Origin: an uncultured Pseudomonadales bacterium
GTDB taxonomy: Bacteria; Patescibacteriota; Microgenomatia; UBA1400; PJMF01
Assembly (NCBI GenBank): GCA_964502565.1
Contig: CAZCXA010000001.1
Location: forward strand, 3,806-67,805
Length of the DNA stretch: 64,000 nt
Reading direction: 5' to 3'
Each line of letters starts with the position of its first letter. Position 1 is the first letter of the stretch. Shown piece by piece: positions 47,548 to 57,822 of this stretch. The translations under genes were made by a program, and so were the position numbers. Under the pieces are notes generated by a model that saw only the letters and a program-made list of their open reading frames with translations, was not told where the DNA came from and ran no database searches.

Positions 47548-47574
47548 TTAGCAATGATAATAAGAGTCTGCTAA
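47548..47574 (-). promoter_or_regulatory. Degenerate CIRCE operator (9-N9-9) ~70 nt upstream of hrcA
   Basis: Minus strand TTAGCAGAC-N9-CATTGCTAA vs consensus TTAGCACTC-N9-GAGTGCTAA (14/18). Confidence 0.5.
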
Positions 47575-47742
47575 TTTGTCAATGAGAAAACCGGTTTATT
47601 AATAAATTTATCAATAAAACAGAGAGATTATCTGCAAGAAAAAAGTTATGTCAATCAAAAATGAATAAAAACTAGCAAAAAAATAACGTCAAACTTAAAA
47701 ATATCATTCAAACAAAAAAACTGGGTTTTATAAAGGGGATTT

Positions 47743-48423
47743 TTATAAAAGCAACAACCCAATTCCTATCAAGGCTAGGCCTGAAGTTAGCCATTTAAGC
47801 CAGCTTAGTGGCCCTGATTGAGGCAACTCTTCAGGAAGTACAGGTTGTCCGCCCTTAGTGGTTGTGCTTTGAGTAGCTGTGGGGATTGGGGTGATAGTTG
47901 AACTTACAGTATATGTTCCCGCAATATTGCGAGCACATTGCTCATCGGTCGCTAATAAATTATCGCCTTCTCCAGTGGGTAAGATGTTGGAGTCCTGATG
48001 ATCAGCGCTACTACAGCGGAATGCAAGCGTAATATTGCCCGAGCTTATCTTGGGACTAACGGTAATTGTTGCCATCTTGCCACTGCCGGTCACTCCGCTG
48101 GTTTTGTCTAAGCCTAAAGTACCAGTAATTGCCAGCTCACCGGCAACGGTAGTATCTGTGCTAATGTTGTCAAAAAAATCATTAGCAGTAATGCCAACAA
48201 TATTAACATGATCGGTATTATAGGTGACTATGGCTACTGCAGAGTCTACTTCTGCGCCTTCTGTGTCAATTCTTACCTCAATCTCGGTTGTTCCAGCGAT
48301 GGTGCCGGTACTGGGAGAGAACAACAGTCTAGCAGCTAAAGCTGGTTTAACAAAACCGTGTGCAACAACCGCAAATGATAAAAAACTTATTATTAAAATG
48401 GGCAGTTTTAATCTTGTTTTCAT
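47743..48423 (-). CDS. Secreted cohesin-like beta-sandwich protein with C-terminal hydrophobic anchor
   Basis: Signal peptide MKTRLKLPILIISFLSFAVVAHG; IEVRIDTEGAEVDSAVAIVTYNTDHVNIVGI resembles the cohesin core (…FTLSYDPSVLEVV…); T/S-rich linker; C-terminal LPEELPQSG + hydrophobic tail. Confidence 0.45.
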   Translation of the reverse strand: MKTRLKLPILIISFLSFAVVAHGFVKPALAARLLFSPSTGTIAGTTEIEVRIDTEGAEVDSAVAIVTYNTDHVNIVGITANDFFDNISTDTTVAGELAITGTLGLDKTSGVTGSGKMATITVSPKISSGNITLAFRCSSADHQDSNILPTGEGDNLLATDEQCARNIAGTYTVSSTITPIPTATQSTTTKGGQPVLPEELPQSGPLSWLKWLTSGLALIGIGLLLL

Positions 48424-48843
48424 GGATGTTAAAAGATTGTTTTATGAATACTAAATTAATGAGATGTAACTACTATAACATTTTTTTAAAAAGTTGACGA
48501 GAGAGGCTTTAAGCTCAAAAAAACAAACAAAATGTTTTTTAATATTATTTACTTAAAAAACACAACTCCTTTAATTTTAAATTTCTATTCTTAATCTTAA
48601 CTTATAACTTTTGAATTTCTATTAAATCATATATACTAAAATAAGTATTTTCATAAAAACAATGGAGCTATCTTCAAGTTCAGTCTGTCTTATCATCAGC
48701 TGGATAATTTTAGCCAATTTTTCTATTTTTTATAACAATATCTTCTCAGTATGTCTCCGCTTATCAGTATAAACCAAAATACGACTGCATTACCCAACAT
48801 ATCTTTTCAAAAAAATATTTTTTATTAAATCTTTTTAGAATTC

Positions 48844-50259
48844 ATGCCTAAACCTTATCCAAATCGAAAAAAAGAAACCTTAATCGGCAGTTTTCTTTTC
48901 ATTATCTTCAGTATCGTGATTATGGTTAGCGTCTCTCGTTTTGATACCATTCGTGATTTTTTTTCACAAGCCATGAGTAATCCCGCCAATATCGTTATTG
49001 ATGGTCAAGCAGTTGTGGGACCGCTGAATCGTTCTTGGCTCAACCTGGCTCAAGGGGGCGAAAGTCATGACTGGCGTATGACCGATATCAACAATAAGGT
49101 TAGTGCGCTTAATCCTGAATATATTCGTCTTGACCACATCTTTAGCTTTTATGATATTGTGCAAGGTTCTCCGCAAAATCTAAGTTTTAATTTTTCCAAA
49201 CTTGATTTAATCTTGAATGATATTTTAGCAGTTGGTGCCAAGCCCTACATAGCGCTAAGCTATATGCCTGCAACTATTTCTCAAGGTGATATCGTGGATT
49301 TGCCTCATCATTGGACAGACTGGCAAATAACGATCCAACGAACAGTTGAACACATTTCTGGTACGCGTGGGATTGAGGATGTTTATTACGAAGTTTGGAA
49401 TGAACCTGATTTATTTGGTAACTGGAAAACTTATGGCAACAAAAACTACTTAACTATGTATTCTTATGCAGCCTTAGGGGCGCAGGCAGCTCAGCGTCAA
49501 CCTCATGTTAAAAACTTTTATTTAGGAGGTCCTGGTACCACGGTGTTATTCAAAAACTGGTTCCATGCTCTCGCTAGACACGCCATCAACAATAATTTAA
49601 AACTCGATTTTTTTTCTTGGCATCGCTACAACCATAACCTAGATATTTTTGAAAACGATCTAGAGCAAGCTAAGACATGGTTGGCGCGCTATCCACAACT
49701 CAGAGGATTAAAACTACATGTTACAGAATGGGGTCCTGATAGTGAAAACCACCCTGCCTATGACAATACTTATGGCGCTGCACACGCGGTTGCGGGTGCC
49801 ATTGTCTTAAATCAACTTGTTGATCGTGCATTTGTGTTTGAAATTCAAGATGGTAAGGACCCGAATAATCAGTCTCACTGGGGCAGATGGGGATTATTAA
49901 CACATCAGGATTTTGGTTCTCAACCTAAACCCAGATATTATGCCTTACGTCTATTAAACAAGATTGGAGATCAAAAATTATATATCACAGGTCTGGGTAG
50001 TTGGGTAAAAGCCATTGCCACGCGAAATGATCGAGATAATATTGATTTTGTAATGGCTAATGCGGATCGGAGCTATCATCGTTATGAAGTCGTGCCGATC
50101 ACCTTTACCAATATTCCTGCTGGAGAGTATAATTTAAACCTAGAATATCTAGACGGAAAACAGGAAAGCATTCCATTGACAACAAATGAACCAAGGCTCA
50201 GAACCGAGGTTCACATGATGCCAAATACAGTGGTATATGGAGAACTTGTTAAAAAATAA
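48844..50259 (+). CDS. Membrane-anchored clan GH-A glycoside hydrolase (GH39/GH5-like)
   Basis: N-terminal TM; catalytic acid/base VYYEVWNEPDL and nucleophile LHVTEWGP typical of (beta/alpha)8 clan GH-A. Confidence 0.6.
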   Translation: MPKPYPNRKKETLIGSFLFIIFSIVIMVSVSRFDTIRDFFSQAMSNPANIVIDGQAVVGPLNRSWLNLAQGGESHDWRMTDINNKVSALNPEYIRLDHIFSFYDIVQGSPQNLSFNFSKLDLILNDILAVGAKPYIALSYMPATISQGDIVDLPHHWTDWQITIQRTVEHISGTRGIEDVYYEVWNEPDLFGNWKTYGNKNYLTMYSYAALGAQAAQRQPHVKNFYLGGPGTTVLFKNWFHALARHAINNNLKLDFFSWHRYNHNLDIFENDLEQAKTWLARYPQLRGLKLHVTEWGPDSENHPAYDNTYGAAHAVAGAIVLNQLVDRAFVFEIQDGKDPNNQSHWGRWGLLTHQDFGSQPKPRYYALRLLNKIGDQKLYITGLGSWVKAIATRNDRDNIDFVMANADRSYHRYEVVPITFTNIPAGEYNLNLEYLDGKQESIPLTTNEPRLRTEVHMMPNTVVYGELVKK

Positions 50260-50317
50260 AAATATTTAGTATTAAGAGTAGCCAACTAAAAGAACTCAAA
50301 CTCCAGTGGAAAAAAAG

Positions 50318-51487
50318 TTAACTTTTGCTTGAGTTTGCCACAATCATTTTTTTACATAACAAACTTATCTGTTCTATAAAGTTTTCCTGAGAATATTTCT
50401 GAGCATTAAGCTGAATTTTTTTCGGAATAAAACTTTTATACAACTTGTTAAACCGTTTGATCGCCTCTACCAACCCAGCAACCGTTAAATCCTTAAACAG
50501 TATGCCATTAACTTTATCTTGAACTGTGTATCGCGGACCACCAGAACAATGCGCGATTACTGGAGTACCTGCCAGCATCGCCTCGATTGGCACAATACCA
50601 AAATCTTCATCCTCTACTGGAAATAGCAAAGCCTTGGCACTTGCGCAAAGCCTAGCCAGCTCCTCATCATCAACCGCACCTAAAAACTCAATCCTCTCAC
50701 TCGCAATGGCTTTCAGATCATCTAACATTTGGCCAGTACCCACTACCTTGAGCTTAACAGCTAACTTATCACAAGCTTTAACAGCCAGTTCTGGATGTTT
50801 TTGCAAACCCAAGCGCCCCACATATAAATAAAAATCTTGTGCAGAATCTTGTTTTATCTTTAATAAGCTTGAGGCTGATACTGGCAAGCTCACCGGTGGA
50901 TAAATGACCTGAGAATCACGCTTGTAAAATTTCTTGATTCTTTGCTGAGTTTCTGGCGAGTTGGCAACAAACCGATCAACCTGTTGAGCATGTTTAAAGT
51001 CAATAACCCTCATGTAATGATTAATAATGTTGCCACAAAGTTTAATAACCGGATTTTTTTTCCAGTTTGACATGGTGGAATACCCATATAAAGCCCGCGG
51101 TGGTGTGTGGCAGTAGCAAAGATGATTCTTGTTTTTTGTTTTAATCGCCTTAGCCTCAAAGGCATTGGAAGAAGAAATGATAATATCAAATTCTGACAGA
51201 TCAAGGGACTGAAAAGCGCGAGGCGCTAAAAAACGCAAAGGAGAGTATAACTTATTATGCAAAGGAATCTTGGCAAACCAAGTTTGGCGAATATCCCAGT
51301 TTTGAAATCGAGACCAATGGGCGCCGAGCGCGTGCTTGTCCAAAAAGGCAACATAAACTGGCGCTGAGGGAAACATTTTATGCAAAGTTTCTAAAACCCG
51401 CTCGGCGCCACCATACTCGCGCAAAAAATCATGTATTAAAACCTCTCTTGGAGAGTTTAAAGGTTTTTTAACCGAGTTTTGTGACAT
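50318..51487 (-). CDS. Family-4 glycosyltransferase
   Basis: E-x7-E motif region FPVEDEDFGIVPIEAMLAGTPVIA; GT-B fold. Confidence 0.8.
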   Translation of the reverse strand: MSQNSVKKPLNSPREVLIHDFLREYGGAERVLETLHKMFPSAPVYVAFLDKHALGAHWSRFQNWDIRQTWFAKIPLHNKLYSPLRFLAPRAFQSLDLSEFDIIISSSNAFEAKAIKTKNKNHLCYCHTPPRALYGYSTMSNWKKNPVIKLCGNIINHYMRVIDFKHAQQVDRFVANSPETQQRIKKFYKRDSQVIYPPVSLPVSASSLLKIKQDSAQDFYLYVGRLGLQKHPELAVKACDKLAVKLKVVGTGQMLDDLKAIASERIEFLGAVDDEELARLCASAKALLFPVEDEDFGIVPIEAMLAGTPVIAHCSGGPRYTVQDKVNGILFKDLTVAGLVEAIKRFNKLYKSFIPKKIQLNAQKYSQENFIEQISLLCKKMIVANSSKS

Positions 51488-51514
51488 TAAAACATTAAGC
51501 TATTATTTAGAAAA

Positions 51515-52471
51515 CTAAAACAAACTTTCTTGGACATCTACCTCAAACTGATCGCCTGGCAACAGCTCTATCAAAGAGTTGAAATCCAGCTCTTTAAACA
51601 GTTTAATTGCTTGTTCTTTATCATAACTGTTCACATGACAACAACTTAAATCAATCTCTAAATCAACAGTATGATCAATCTCGGCTAACTTTCTACTCAA
51701 GTAGGCAGACTCTTTTCCGGTTATTAACTTTTCTAACACACCTCCTTTTAGCAAACCAGCCGACTGTTTTTTACCAGATTCAATCTGTTCAACAGCCTGA
51801 TAAATAGCATCTAAATCACCAAACTCATTTAACAGGGCAACAGCAGTTTTTTGACCAACCCCTTTAACACCAGGAATATTGTCAGAAGCATCGCCCATTA
51901 AAGCTTTCATATCAACTACCTGGCTGGGTTTGATACCCAAATCAGCCTCAACCGCCTGCGCATCATACTCTTTGTCCTGCTTTTTACCTCGACCTGGTAA
52001 CCAAACATGAGTGTTGTCATCAACAATTTGCAACAGATCTTTGTCTCCTGTAACCACGATTGATAAGAGATCCTTGTCTGCTTTTAATTTTTTTGGATCA
52101 TGATCTAGTAAATAACTCAGGGTGCCGATTAAATCATCTGCCTCATAACCTTCTTGTTCAAATTGAGGAATATTAAGCGCGGTCACAACTTCTTTTACCA
52201 GCGGAATTTGTGGCTGAAGCTCATCAGGCATTTCTGGACGCTGGAGTTTGTAATCTTTAAACTCTTTATGACGAAAAGTTGGTTTGCGATGATCAAAACT
52301 CACTGCTAAGTATTTTGGTTGAAACTCGTTTATCGCTGTCAATAAAATCCTGGTAAAACCATATACTGCATTAACCACTCTACCCTGAGGGTCGGTTAGT
52401 TTGGGCAAAGCATAAAAGGCGCGGTAGATGACGGCGTGACCGTCAAAAAGAAGAAAGATGGGGCGCTTCAT
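51515..52471 (-). CDS. Stand-alone 5'-3' exonuclease / flap endonuclease (Pol I N-terminal domain homolog)
   Basis: LLFDGHAVIYRAFYA, GYEADDLIGTL, TGDKDLLQ, H3TH motif GIPGVKGVGQKTA. Confidence 0.85.
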   Translation of the reverse strand: MKRPIFLLFDGHAVIYRAFYALPKLTDPQGRVVNAVYGFTRILLTAINEFQPKYLAVSFDHRKPTFRHKEFKDYKLQRPEMPDELQPQIPLVKEVVTALNIPQFEQEGYEADDLIGTLSYLLDHDPKKLKADKDLLSIVVTGDKDLLQIVDDNTHVWLPGRGKKQDKEYDAQAVEADLGIKPSQVVDMKALMGDASDNIPGVKGVGQKTAVALLNEFGDLDAIYQAVEQIESGKKQSAGLLKGGVLEKLITGKESAYLSRKLAEIDHTVDLEIDLSCCHVNSYDKEQAIKLFKELDFNSLIELLPGDQFEVDVQESLF

Positions 52472-52606
52472 GGTGTCAAGTTAAAGATTGAAAATATAGT
52501 TGCAATAAAATTGAAAATATAGTTGCAATAAAAAGGTGGTTAAAAAGTAAAAAGCTACACAATAAAACTTATGTCCGATGGTTAAGCTCGTTCGAGATTT
52601 TCACTT

Positions 52607-54619
52607 TTACTTTATCTTGGCAAAACCTATGATCTTCTCAAACTGCTCACCATCCAAGGTTTCAAGTTCTAGTAACTTTTCTGCGACCTTGTCTAGTTCT
52701 GCCTCATATTTTCTCAAAAAATCCTCACTCTTTTTTAAAGCCTGACTAATGATCTTTTGGATCTCGATATCAACCTTTTCTTGAAGTTGATCTGAGATCT
52801 TAAACGGCTCACCCCACATCTTGTCATAATCTGAGTTCTCATATTGAGGTCCAAAGTTCATCGGCCCTAAACTACTCATGCCATACTCAACTACCATTGC
52901 TCTCGCAATGCGAGTCGCTCGTTCAATATCACTACTGGCACCAATCGTTTGCTCATTAAACTTGATTAACTCTGCAGCTCTACCGCCTAACATCTCAACA
53001 ATCTTGCCCTCTAATTCTGATTTAGTGGTTTGTAGTTTATCTCTTTCTGGTGGAGTAAAGGTGTATCCTAAAGCTCGGCCTCGTGACACGATCGAGATTC
53101 GGTGCACTGGATCTGAAAACGGCTGGACATGGGCTAAAACCGCGTGACCAGCTTCATGATAAGCAGTCATCTTGCGCTCAAGTTCATTTTGTAAACGCTT
53201 TTTGCTTGGACCCAGTTTAACCTTTAAAGAAGCTTCCTCAATATCTTCCATCACAATCTCACTGCGACCTTCGCGCGCAATCCTGATAGCAGCCTCGTTA
53301 AGCATATTTTCCAGATCAGCTCCAGAAAAACCAACCGTGCTTTTGGCAATATTGGCTAAGCTTAAATCAGAAGCCATTGGCTTGCCTTTGACATGAATTT
53401 TTATGATAAACTTTCTTTCTTCTAAATCTGGTAGATCAACCTGTACTCGACGATCAAACCTACCGGGGCGAATCAAGGCTGAATCTAGTAGTTCTCCTCG
53501 GTTTGTGGCAGCCATGACAATCACGTTGTCATTGGTTTCAAAGCCATCCATCTCAACCAAGATTTGATTCAAGGTTTGCTCTCGTTCATTATGGCCGCCG
53601 GCATAACCCATACCGCGCGTGCGCCCAATCGCATCAATCTCGTCAATAAAAATAATAGAAGGAGCCAATTTTTTGGCTGTATCAAAAAGATCGCGCACGC
53701 GCGAGGCACCTACTCCAACCAACATCTCCATAAACTCAGAACCAGCAATCGATAAAAACTGGACATTCGCCTCTCCTGCCACAGCTCTGGCAAGAAGAGT
53801 CTTACCTGTTCCCGAAGGACCAACCAAGAGCACGCCTTTGGGAGTTCTTGCCCCAACCTTTAAATATTTATCAGGATGTTTTAAGAAGTCAACAATCTCT
53901 TGCAGTTCATTTTTAGCTTCATCCATGCCTCCAACATCATCAAACTTGATATCCTGTTTGCCCTTAATAAAAACTTTTGCTTTAGACTGACTAAAACCTA
54001 ACAAACCATCCTGTGCGCCTTTAGCCTGACGCATAATTAGCGCAAAAACTACGATAATGGCTAACAATGGTAAGAGGTTTAATACTAGTTCCCAAAACAT
54101 TTGTCCCAGGCTTACATCCTCAACTAACAAATCAACCTCTGTAATATCTAATCCTGATGTGCTTAATACGGTTAACACCTCTTGATCGGTTTCCTTGAGG
54201 GCAATCTTACGCTCTTCATCTTTATACAAAATCCTGAGCTCGTTGCCAGCCACCATGATCTTGTCCACCTTTTCCTCTCTCACGTCTCTCACCAACTGGC
54301 TGAGGCTGATGGTTTCAACGCCTCCAGTAAATAAAGAGATTAAAAACGGTAAAAATAAAAATATCAAGATGATATAAACAAGACCTTTCTTAAAAAATTT
54401 ATTCAGATCAACCTTAAACTCAAACTGTTTAATATATTTTTGATCTTTTCTTTCCTTAAGATATTTTTTATCTTTATTAGGAGTATTATTTTTCGTTTTT
54501 ACATCTTTTTCAGGCAATTTTTTACCTTTTAGAAACTTAAACTGTTGCTTGTTTAACTGATCTTTTGGTGAGTTGGAGTTGTTCTTTGTCATATGATTCT
54601 TGAGCTTCTGTTTTAGCAA
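52607..54619 (-). CDS. ftsH: ATP-dependent zinc metalloprotease FtsH with Lys-rich N-terminal extension
   Basis: Walker [19 protein letters not shown] zinc motif; ~75-aa K-rich segment before first TM. Confidence 0.95.
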   Translation of the reverse strand: MLKQKLKNHMTKNNSNSPKDQLNKQQFKFLKGKKLPEKDVKTKNNTPNKDKKYLKERKDQKYIKQFEFKVDLNKFFKKGLVYIILIFLFLPFLISLFTGGVETISLSQLVRDVREEKVDKIMVAGNELRILYKDEERKIALKETDQEVLTVLSTSGLDITEVDLLVEDVSLGQMFWELVLNLLPLLAIIVVFALIMRQAKGAQDGLLGFSQSKAKVFIKGKQDIKFDDVGGMDEAKNELQEIVDFLKHPDKYLKVGARTPKGVLLVGPSGTGKTLLARAVAGEANVQFLSIAGSEFMEMLVGVGASRVRDLFDTAKKLAPSIIFIDEIDAIGRTRGMGYAGGHNEREQTLNQILVEMDGFETNDNVIVMAATNRGELLDSALIRPGRFDRRVQVDLPDLEERKFIIKIHVKGKPMASDLSLANIAKSTVGFSGADLENMLNEAAIRIAREGRSEIVMEDIEEASLKVKLGPSKKRLQNELERKMTAYHEAGHAVLAHVQPFSDPVHRISIVSRGRALGYTFTPPERDKLQTTKSELEGKIVEMLGGRAAELIKFNEQTIGASSDIERATRIARAMVVEYGMSSLGPMNFGPQYENSDYDKMWGEPFKISDQLQEKVDIEIQKIISQALKKSEDFLRKYEAELDKVAEKLLELETLDGEQFEKIIGFAKIK

Positions 54620-54653
54620 TTATTTCGAGTTGTAAAGTTTTATTTATTTAGTT

Positions 54654-55754
54654 TTATGAGTTTTGAATTCTATCCTTTATCCCCAGTCCCATCAAGCCCA
54701 TAACTTCTTGCTGGGTCTGCTGGGCTATAGCTTTAGCTTTGTTTGCGCCATCAAGGATTACTTCTTCGATATAATCAGGTTGAGCTACTAACTGTTGGCG
54801 TTTTTCTTGAATAGGCTCTAGTTCTTGAAAAATTACTTGAGCTAATTCTTGTTTTAATTCTTGGTATCGAATACCAGAACCTTGGTACTGTTCTTCAAGA
54901 TAATCAAACTTTTCCTCACCTTGGAATAATCTAACCATCTGTAATAAGCTAGCTACTCCTTCTGAGACCTGCTGGGTTTGCTGGTCTAGATATTTTTTAT
55001 GATGAACACTTGTTTTGGCCTCGTTTGTTTGAACAAGTTTTTCAATCTTTCCCTGTCCGCTATCAGTAGGCACCCCAGCCAACTTTTGTTGAATAGTTGC
55101 TAAATCATCAGTTAAGTTGATATAACTTCCCTCAACCGACTTACTCATCTTGCCACTACCTTTAAGCGAAGGCACATATTCTCCTGAAGTAGCAAACCTT
55201 TGTGGTTCAGGAAAGCTTGTTCCATACTCCTGATTCATCTTGCGAGCTACTTCACGAGCAACCTCTAGATGAGGTTCTTGATCAATGCCGACCGGCACTA
55301 ACTCTGCTTTATAAACCAAGATGTCAGCAGCCATTAAAATCGGATAGTTAAGTAAAGCCATGGTAATATCTTGTGGATACTGAGTTGCTTTTTCTTTAAA
55401 GGTTGGCAAGTGTTGCATGCGCGCCACAGTCATGACAGAAGAAAAAAGAAACATCAAATAGGTGTGCTGAGGCACTAATGACTGAGCAGAAATAATGGCT
55501 TTGTTAGGATCTAACCCAACTGACAAGTAATCTAAAATAATGTCTTTAGTTGCCTGAGGTAATGTTTTCGGATTAAACGGAGTGGTAATGGTGTGCAGAT
55601 CAACCGCCATGAAAATACATTTATATTTTGGGTTGTTTTGCAACTCAAGAAAACCTTTTACTGCTCCCAAGTAGTTACCTAGATGAAGGTGTCCTGTTGC
55701 TCTAATGCCAGAAAATACTTGTTGCGGTGATGAGTTTTTAGTTAAAGACGACAT
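54654..55754 (-). CDS. trpS: Tryptophan--tRNA ligase
   Basis: GHLHLGNYLGA (HIGH-type) and KMSKS; TrpRS-length 366 aa. Confidence 0.9.
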   Translation of the reverse strand: MSSLTKNSSPQQVFSGIRATGHLHLGNYLGAVKGFLELQNNPKYKCIFMAVDLHTITTPFNPKTLPQATKDIILDYLSVGLDPNKAIISAQSLVPQHTYLMFLFSSVMTVARMQHLPTFKEKATQYPQDITMALLNYPILMAADILVYKAELVPVGIDQEPHLEVAREVARKMNQEYGTSFPEPQRFATSGEYVPSLKGSGKMSKSVEGSYINLTDDLATIQQKLAGVPTDSGQGKIEKLVQTNEAKTSVHHKKYLDQQTQQVSEGVASLLQMVRLFQGEEKFDYLEEQYQGSGIRYQELKQELAQVIFQELEPIQEKRQQLVAQPDYIEEVILDGANKAKAIAQQTQQEVMGLMGLGIKDRIQNS

Positions 55755-55898
55755 TCTTTAAAAATAACTTGAATATATGAGATATATTGTAGCCAGTTAG
55801 GAAAAAAAGAAAAGGTAAATTTAAAATCAACAGTTGCCAAGTTGTACAGTTACCAAGTTGCAAGAACACAACAACTGGTAAAAACTGCATAACTTTTC

Positions 55899-56768
55899 TT
55901 ACAGTTCTTCAATCTCAATTTCAGGAGAAATTTCTTGATGATCGTCGATTAGCTGTAAATATTTTTCAGTAGTAGTGATACGTTTGTGACCTACTAACTG
56001 TGATACATATACCAAAGGCGTGCCAGCTCTCAACTGCTCAACAATGAAGGTGTTGCGCAGATCATTAACAATAGCATCCTGAATACCAGCAAGCTTAAAA
56101 TGACGATTAATGGCTGCTCTGATATTTCTTACTAAAAAGGGACGGCAAGTCTTGGTTAAAAAGATGCATTTTTCCTTAGCTCTAGGACGTACTTTTAAAT
56201 AATCCATCAATGCTTGTTTAGCTGCTTTATTCAATGGTACTTTTCGACCACCTCGGCTCTTATAGGGTTGAACTTGAATAATACCTCTTTCCAGATCTAC
56301 ATCATCGGTTTTTAGGTTTGCTAACTCACTAATGCGCATTCCTGTTTGCAAAAGTAACTCTACCACAGCAAAAATTCTAACATCTGACCGACAAGCATCT
56401 CGCAGAGCTCGGTACTCCATTTTTGATAAAAAACGAGATGGTTTTTGCTCGAATTTAGGATGTGAAATTTCAGAGGCAGGATTGTTCTCAACTAAACCTT
56501 CGTTCTCTAAAAATCTAAAAAAAGATTTTATCGAGTTGATTTTTCTAGAGATCGATTTATTAGCATAGCGCCGACTCTTTAGTAGCTCCTTAAATTGATT
56601 GATATCTTCATGAGTAACTTCCGAAGCCAGTTCCTTCCCTTGATCTAGAGCATACTCAGCCAACTGTTCTAAGTCTTTAACATAAGCAATCACTGTAGCC
56701 GTGGCCTTGCCGTTTGACTCTAAATATTGACGATATTTTTGTTGTGCAACTGTTAGAGAAATAGCCAT
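55899..56768 (-). CDS. Tyrosine site-specific recombinase (XerC/XerD-like)
   Basis: Core-binding + catalytic domains; R...HxxR (LVGHKRIT)...Y (EKYLQL) catalytic residues; 289 aa without phage-type arm-binding domain. Confidence 0.85.
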   Translation of the reverse strand: MAISLTVAQQKYRQYLESNGKATATVIAYVKDLEQLAEYALDQGKELASEVTHEDINQFKELLKSRRYANKSISRKINSIKSFFRFLENEGLVENNPASEISHPKFEQKPSRFLSKMEYRALRDACRSDVRIFAVVELLLQTGMRISELANLKTDDVDLERGIIQVQPYKSRGGRKVPLNKAAKQALMDYLKVRPRAKEKCIFLTKTCRPFLVRNIRAAINRHFKLAGIQDAIVNDLRNTFIVEQLRAGTPLVYVSQLVGHKRITTTEKYLQLIDDHQEISPEIEIEEL

Positions 56769-56921
56769 ACTAGAATCTTCCTAATGTGTAAATATAATAT
56801 AATGAGTAGATAGAAAAGTATTAAATTGTGAAATTATTCCAATAATATTTATCTATAAGATATAAGCAACGTAGCTTATAATAACATAATATAGAAAATT
56901 TTCTAGAGTAAGATTTAATAG

Positions 56922-57284
56922 ATGAAGAACATAGTGTATCACCCCCTAGCTATTCTTATGACCACTGTTTTGGTAATTATTGCAATTTTTAGTCTACGCA
57001 ATAATCTAAAAAGGCTTTCCCTATCTCAAGAAAACTTAAAAAGTGCCCAACTGGCGTATGAAAAAGTAAAACAGGATACAGCAAAGGACAAGGCGTTATT
57101 AAACCAGTTTCAGCATCCTTTTGTTCAAGAAAAAATTACAAGAAATGAGTTGCTAAGACAGAAAAACAATGAAATATTGATCAAACTCCCTGATATTGTT
57201 CTTGAACAAAAAAAACAAGATCCGATCCCGCAAAAAACAGTTTTTGAACAGTGGAAAAAAGTGCTCGAGATAGGCAAGCAGTAA
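56922..57284 (+). CDS. FtsB/DivIC-like septum-formation initiator (TM + coiled coil)
   Basis: N-terminal TM then coiled-coil; size and architecture only. Confidence 0.35.
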   Translation: MKNIVYHPLAILMTTVLVIIAIFSLRNNLKRLSLSQENLKSAQLAYEKVKQDTAKDKALLNQFQHPFVQEKITRNELLRQKNNEILIKLPDIVLEQKKQDPIPQKTVFEQWKKVLEIGKQ

Positions 57285-57434
57285 AAAACTCCTTTATCAC
57301 ACAAAAACAGCCACAACCACCACAAGAAGAAAAGGTGGTGAAAAAATTAATATTTTTCACACTCCTTGTGAAAAATTGAAGAATCTTGAAAAACCTAAGA
57401 AGTATTTAACAAAGCTTCACTCTCTTAAAACTTG

Positions 57435-57508
57435 TAGCAGGGGTGAGACTTGAACTCACGACCTTCGGTTTATGAATCCGATGCTCTAACCAACTGAGCT
57501 ACCCTGCC
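57435..57508 (-). tRNA. tRNA with anticodon CAT (elongator Met or lysidine-Ile2 type)
   Basis: Minus strand GGCAGGGTAGCTCAGTTGGTTAGAGCATCGGATTCATAAACCGAAGGTCGTGAGTTCAAGTCTCACCCCTGCTA; cloverleaf with G1-U72, anticodon loop TTCATAA. Confidence 0.8.
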
Positions 57509-57682
57509 ATAAAAAATCACCTAAATCAATCTTGAAAAAAATATTGATAATTGATTTTAAAGAAAAAATGTATTTTATTTAAACAGACAGTTCAACTGAT
57601 GATTAACCAAAAAAATACCGTTGGTTGATTATACCAAATATTATCTTGTATAATAAACCTTTGAAACAACCCAATTCAACAA

Positions 57683-57751
57683 CGCGGGATAGTGTACGGT
57701 GCACGCAAGGCTCATAATCTTGCAGGCTAGGTTCGACTCCTAGTCCCGCAA
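57683..57751 (+). tRNA. Initiator-type tRNA-fMet (CAT) with compact D/anticodon region (69 nt)
   Basis: CGCGGGA...GGCTCATAATC...GGTTCGACTCC...TCCCGCAA closely parallels E. coli tRNA-fMet (CGCGGGG...GGCTCATAACC...GGTTCAAATCC...CCCCGCAA) including C1xA72 mismatch; D-stem GTGT/ACGC, 7-nt D-loop. Confidence 0.75.
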
Positions 57752-57822
57752 CAAATTTTTTTTGAAAAAAAATACTGACTGGTCAGTGATTAAATATTCC
57801 TCATTATTGAGCCTAAACTTAC

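Noticed and set aside
47743-47850. C-terminus of the 226-aa cohesin-like protein (…VLPEELPQSGPLSWLKWLTSGLALIGIGLLLL) as a sortase LPXTG or PEP-CTERM sorting signal
   Set aside because: LPQSG deviates at the Thr position, and the ORF ends in a hydrophobic stretch without the basic tail typical of either signal. Left as an unspecified C-terminal anchor.
55755-55898. T-box or other riboswitch leader upstream of trpS
   Set aside because: The leader is only about 144 nt and lacks the T-box consensus or specifier-loop architecture. Only short direct repeats (agttgccaagttg / agttaccaagttg) were seen.
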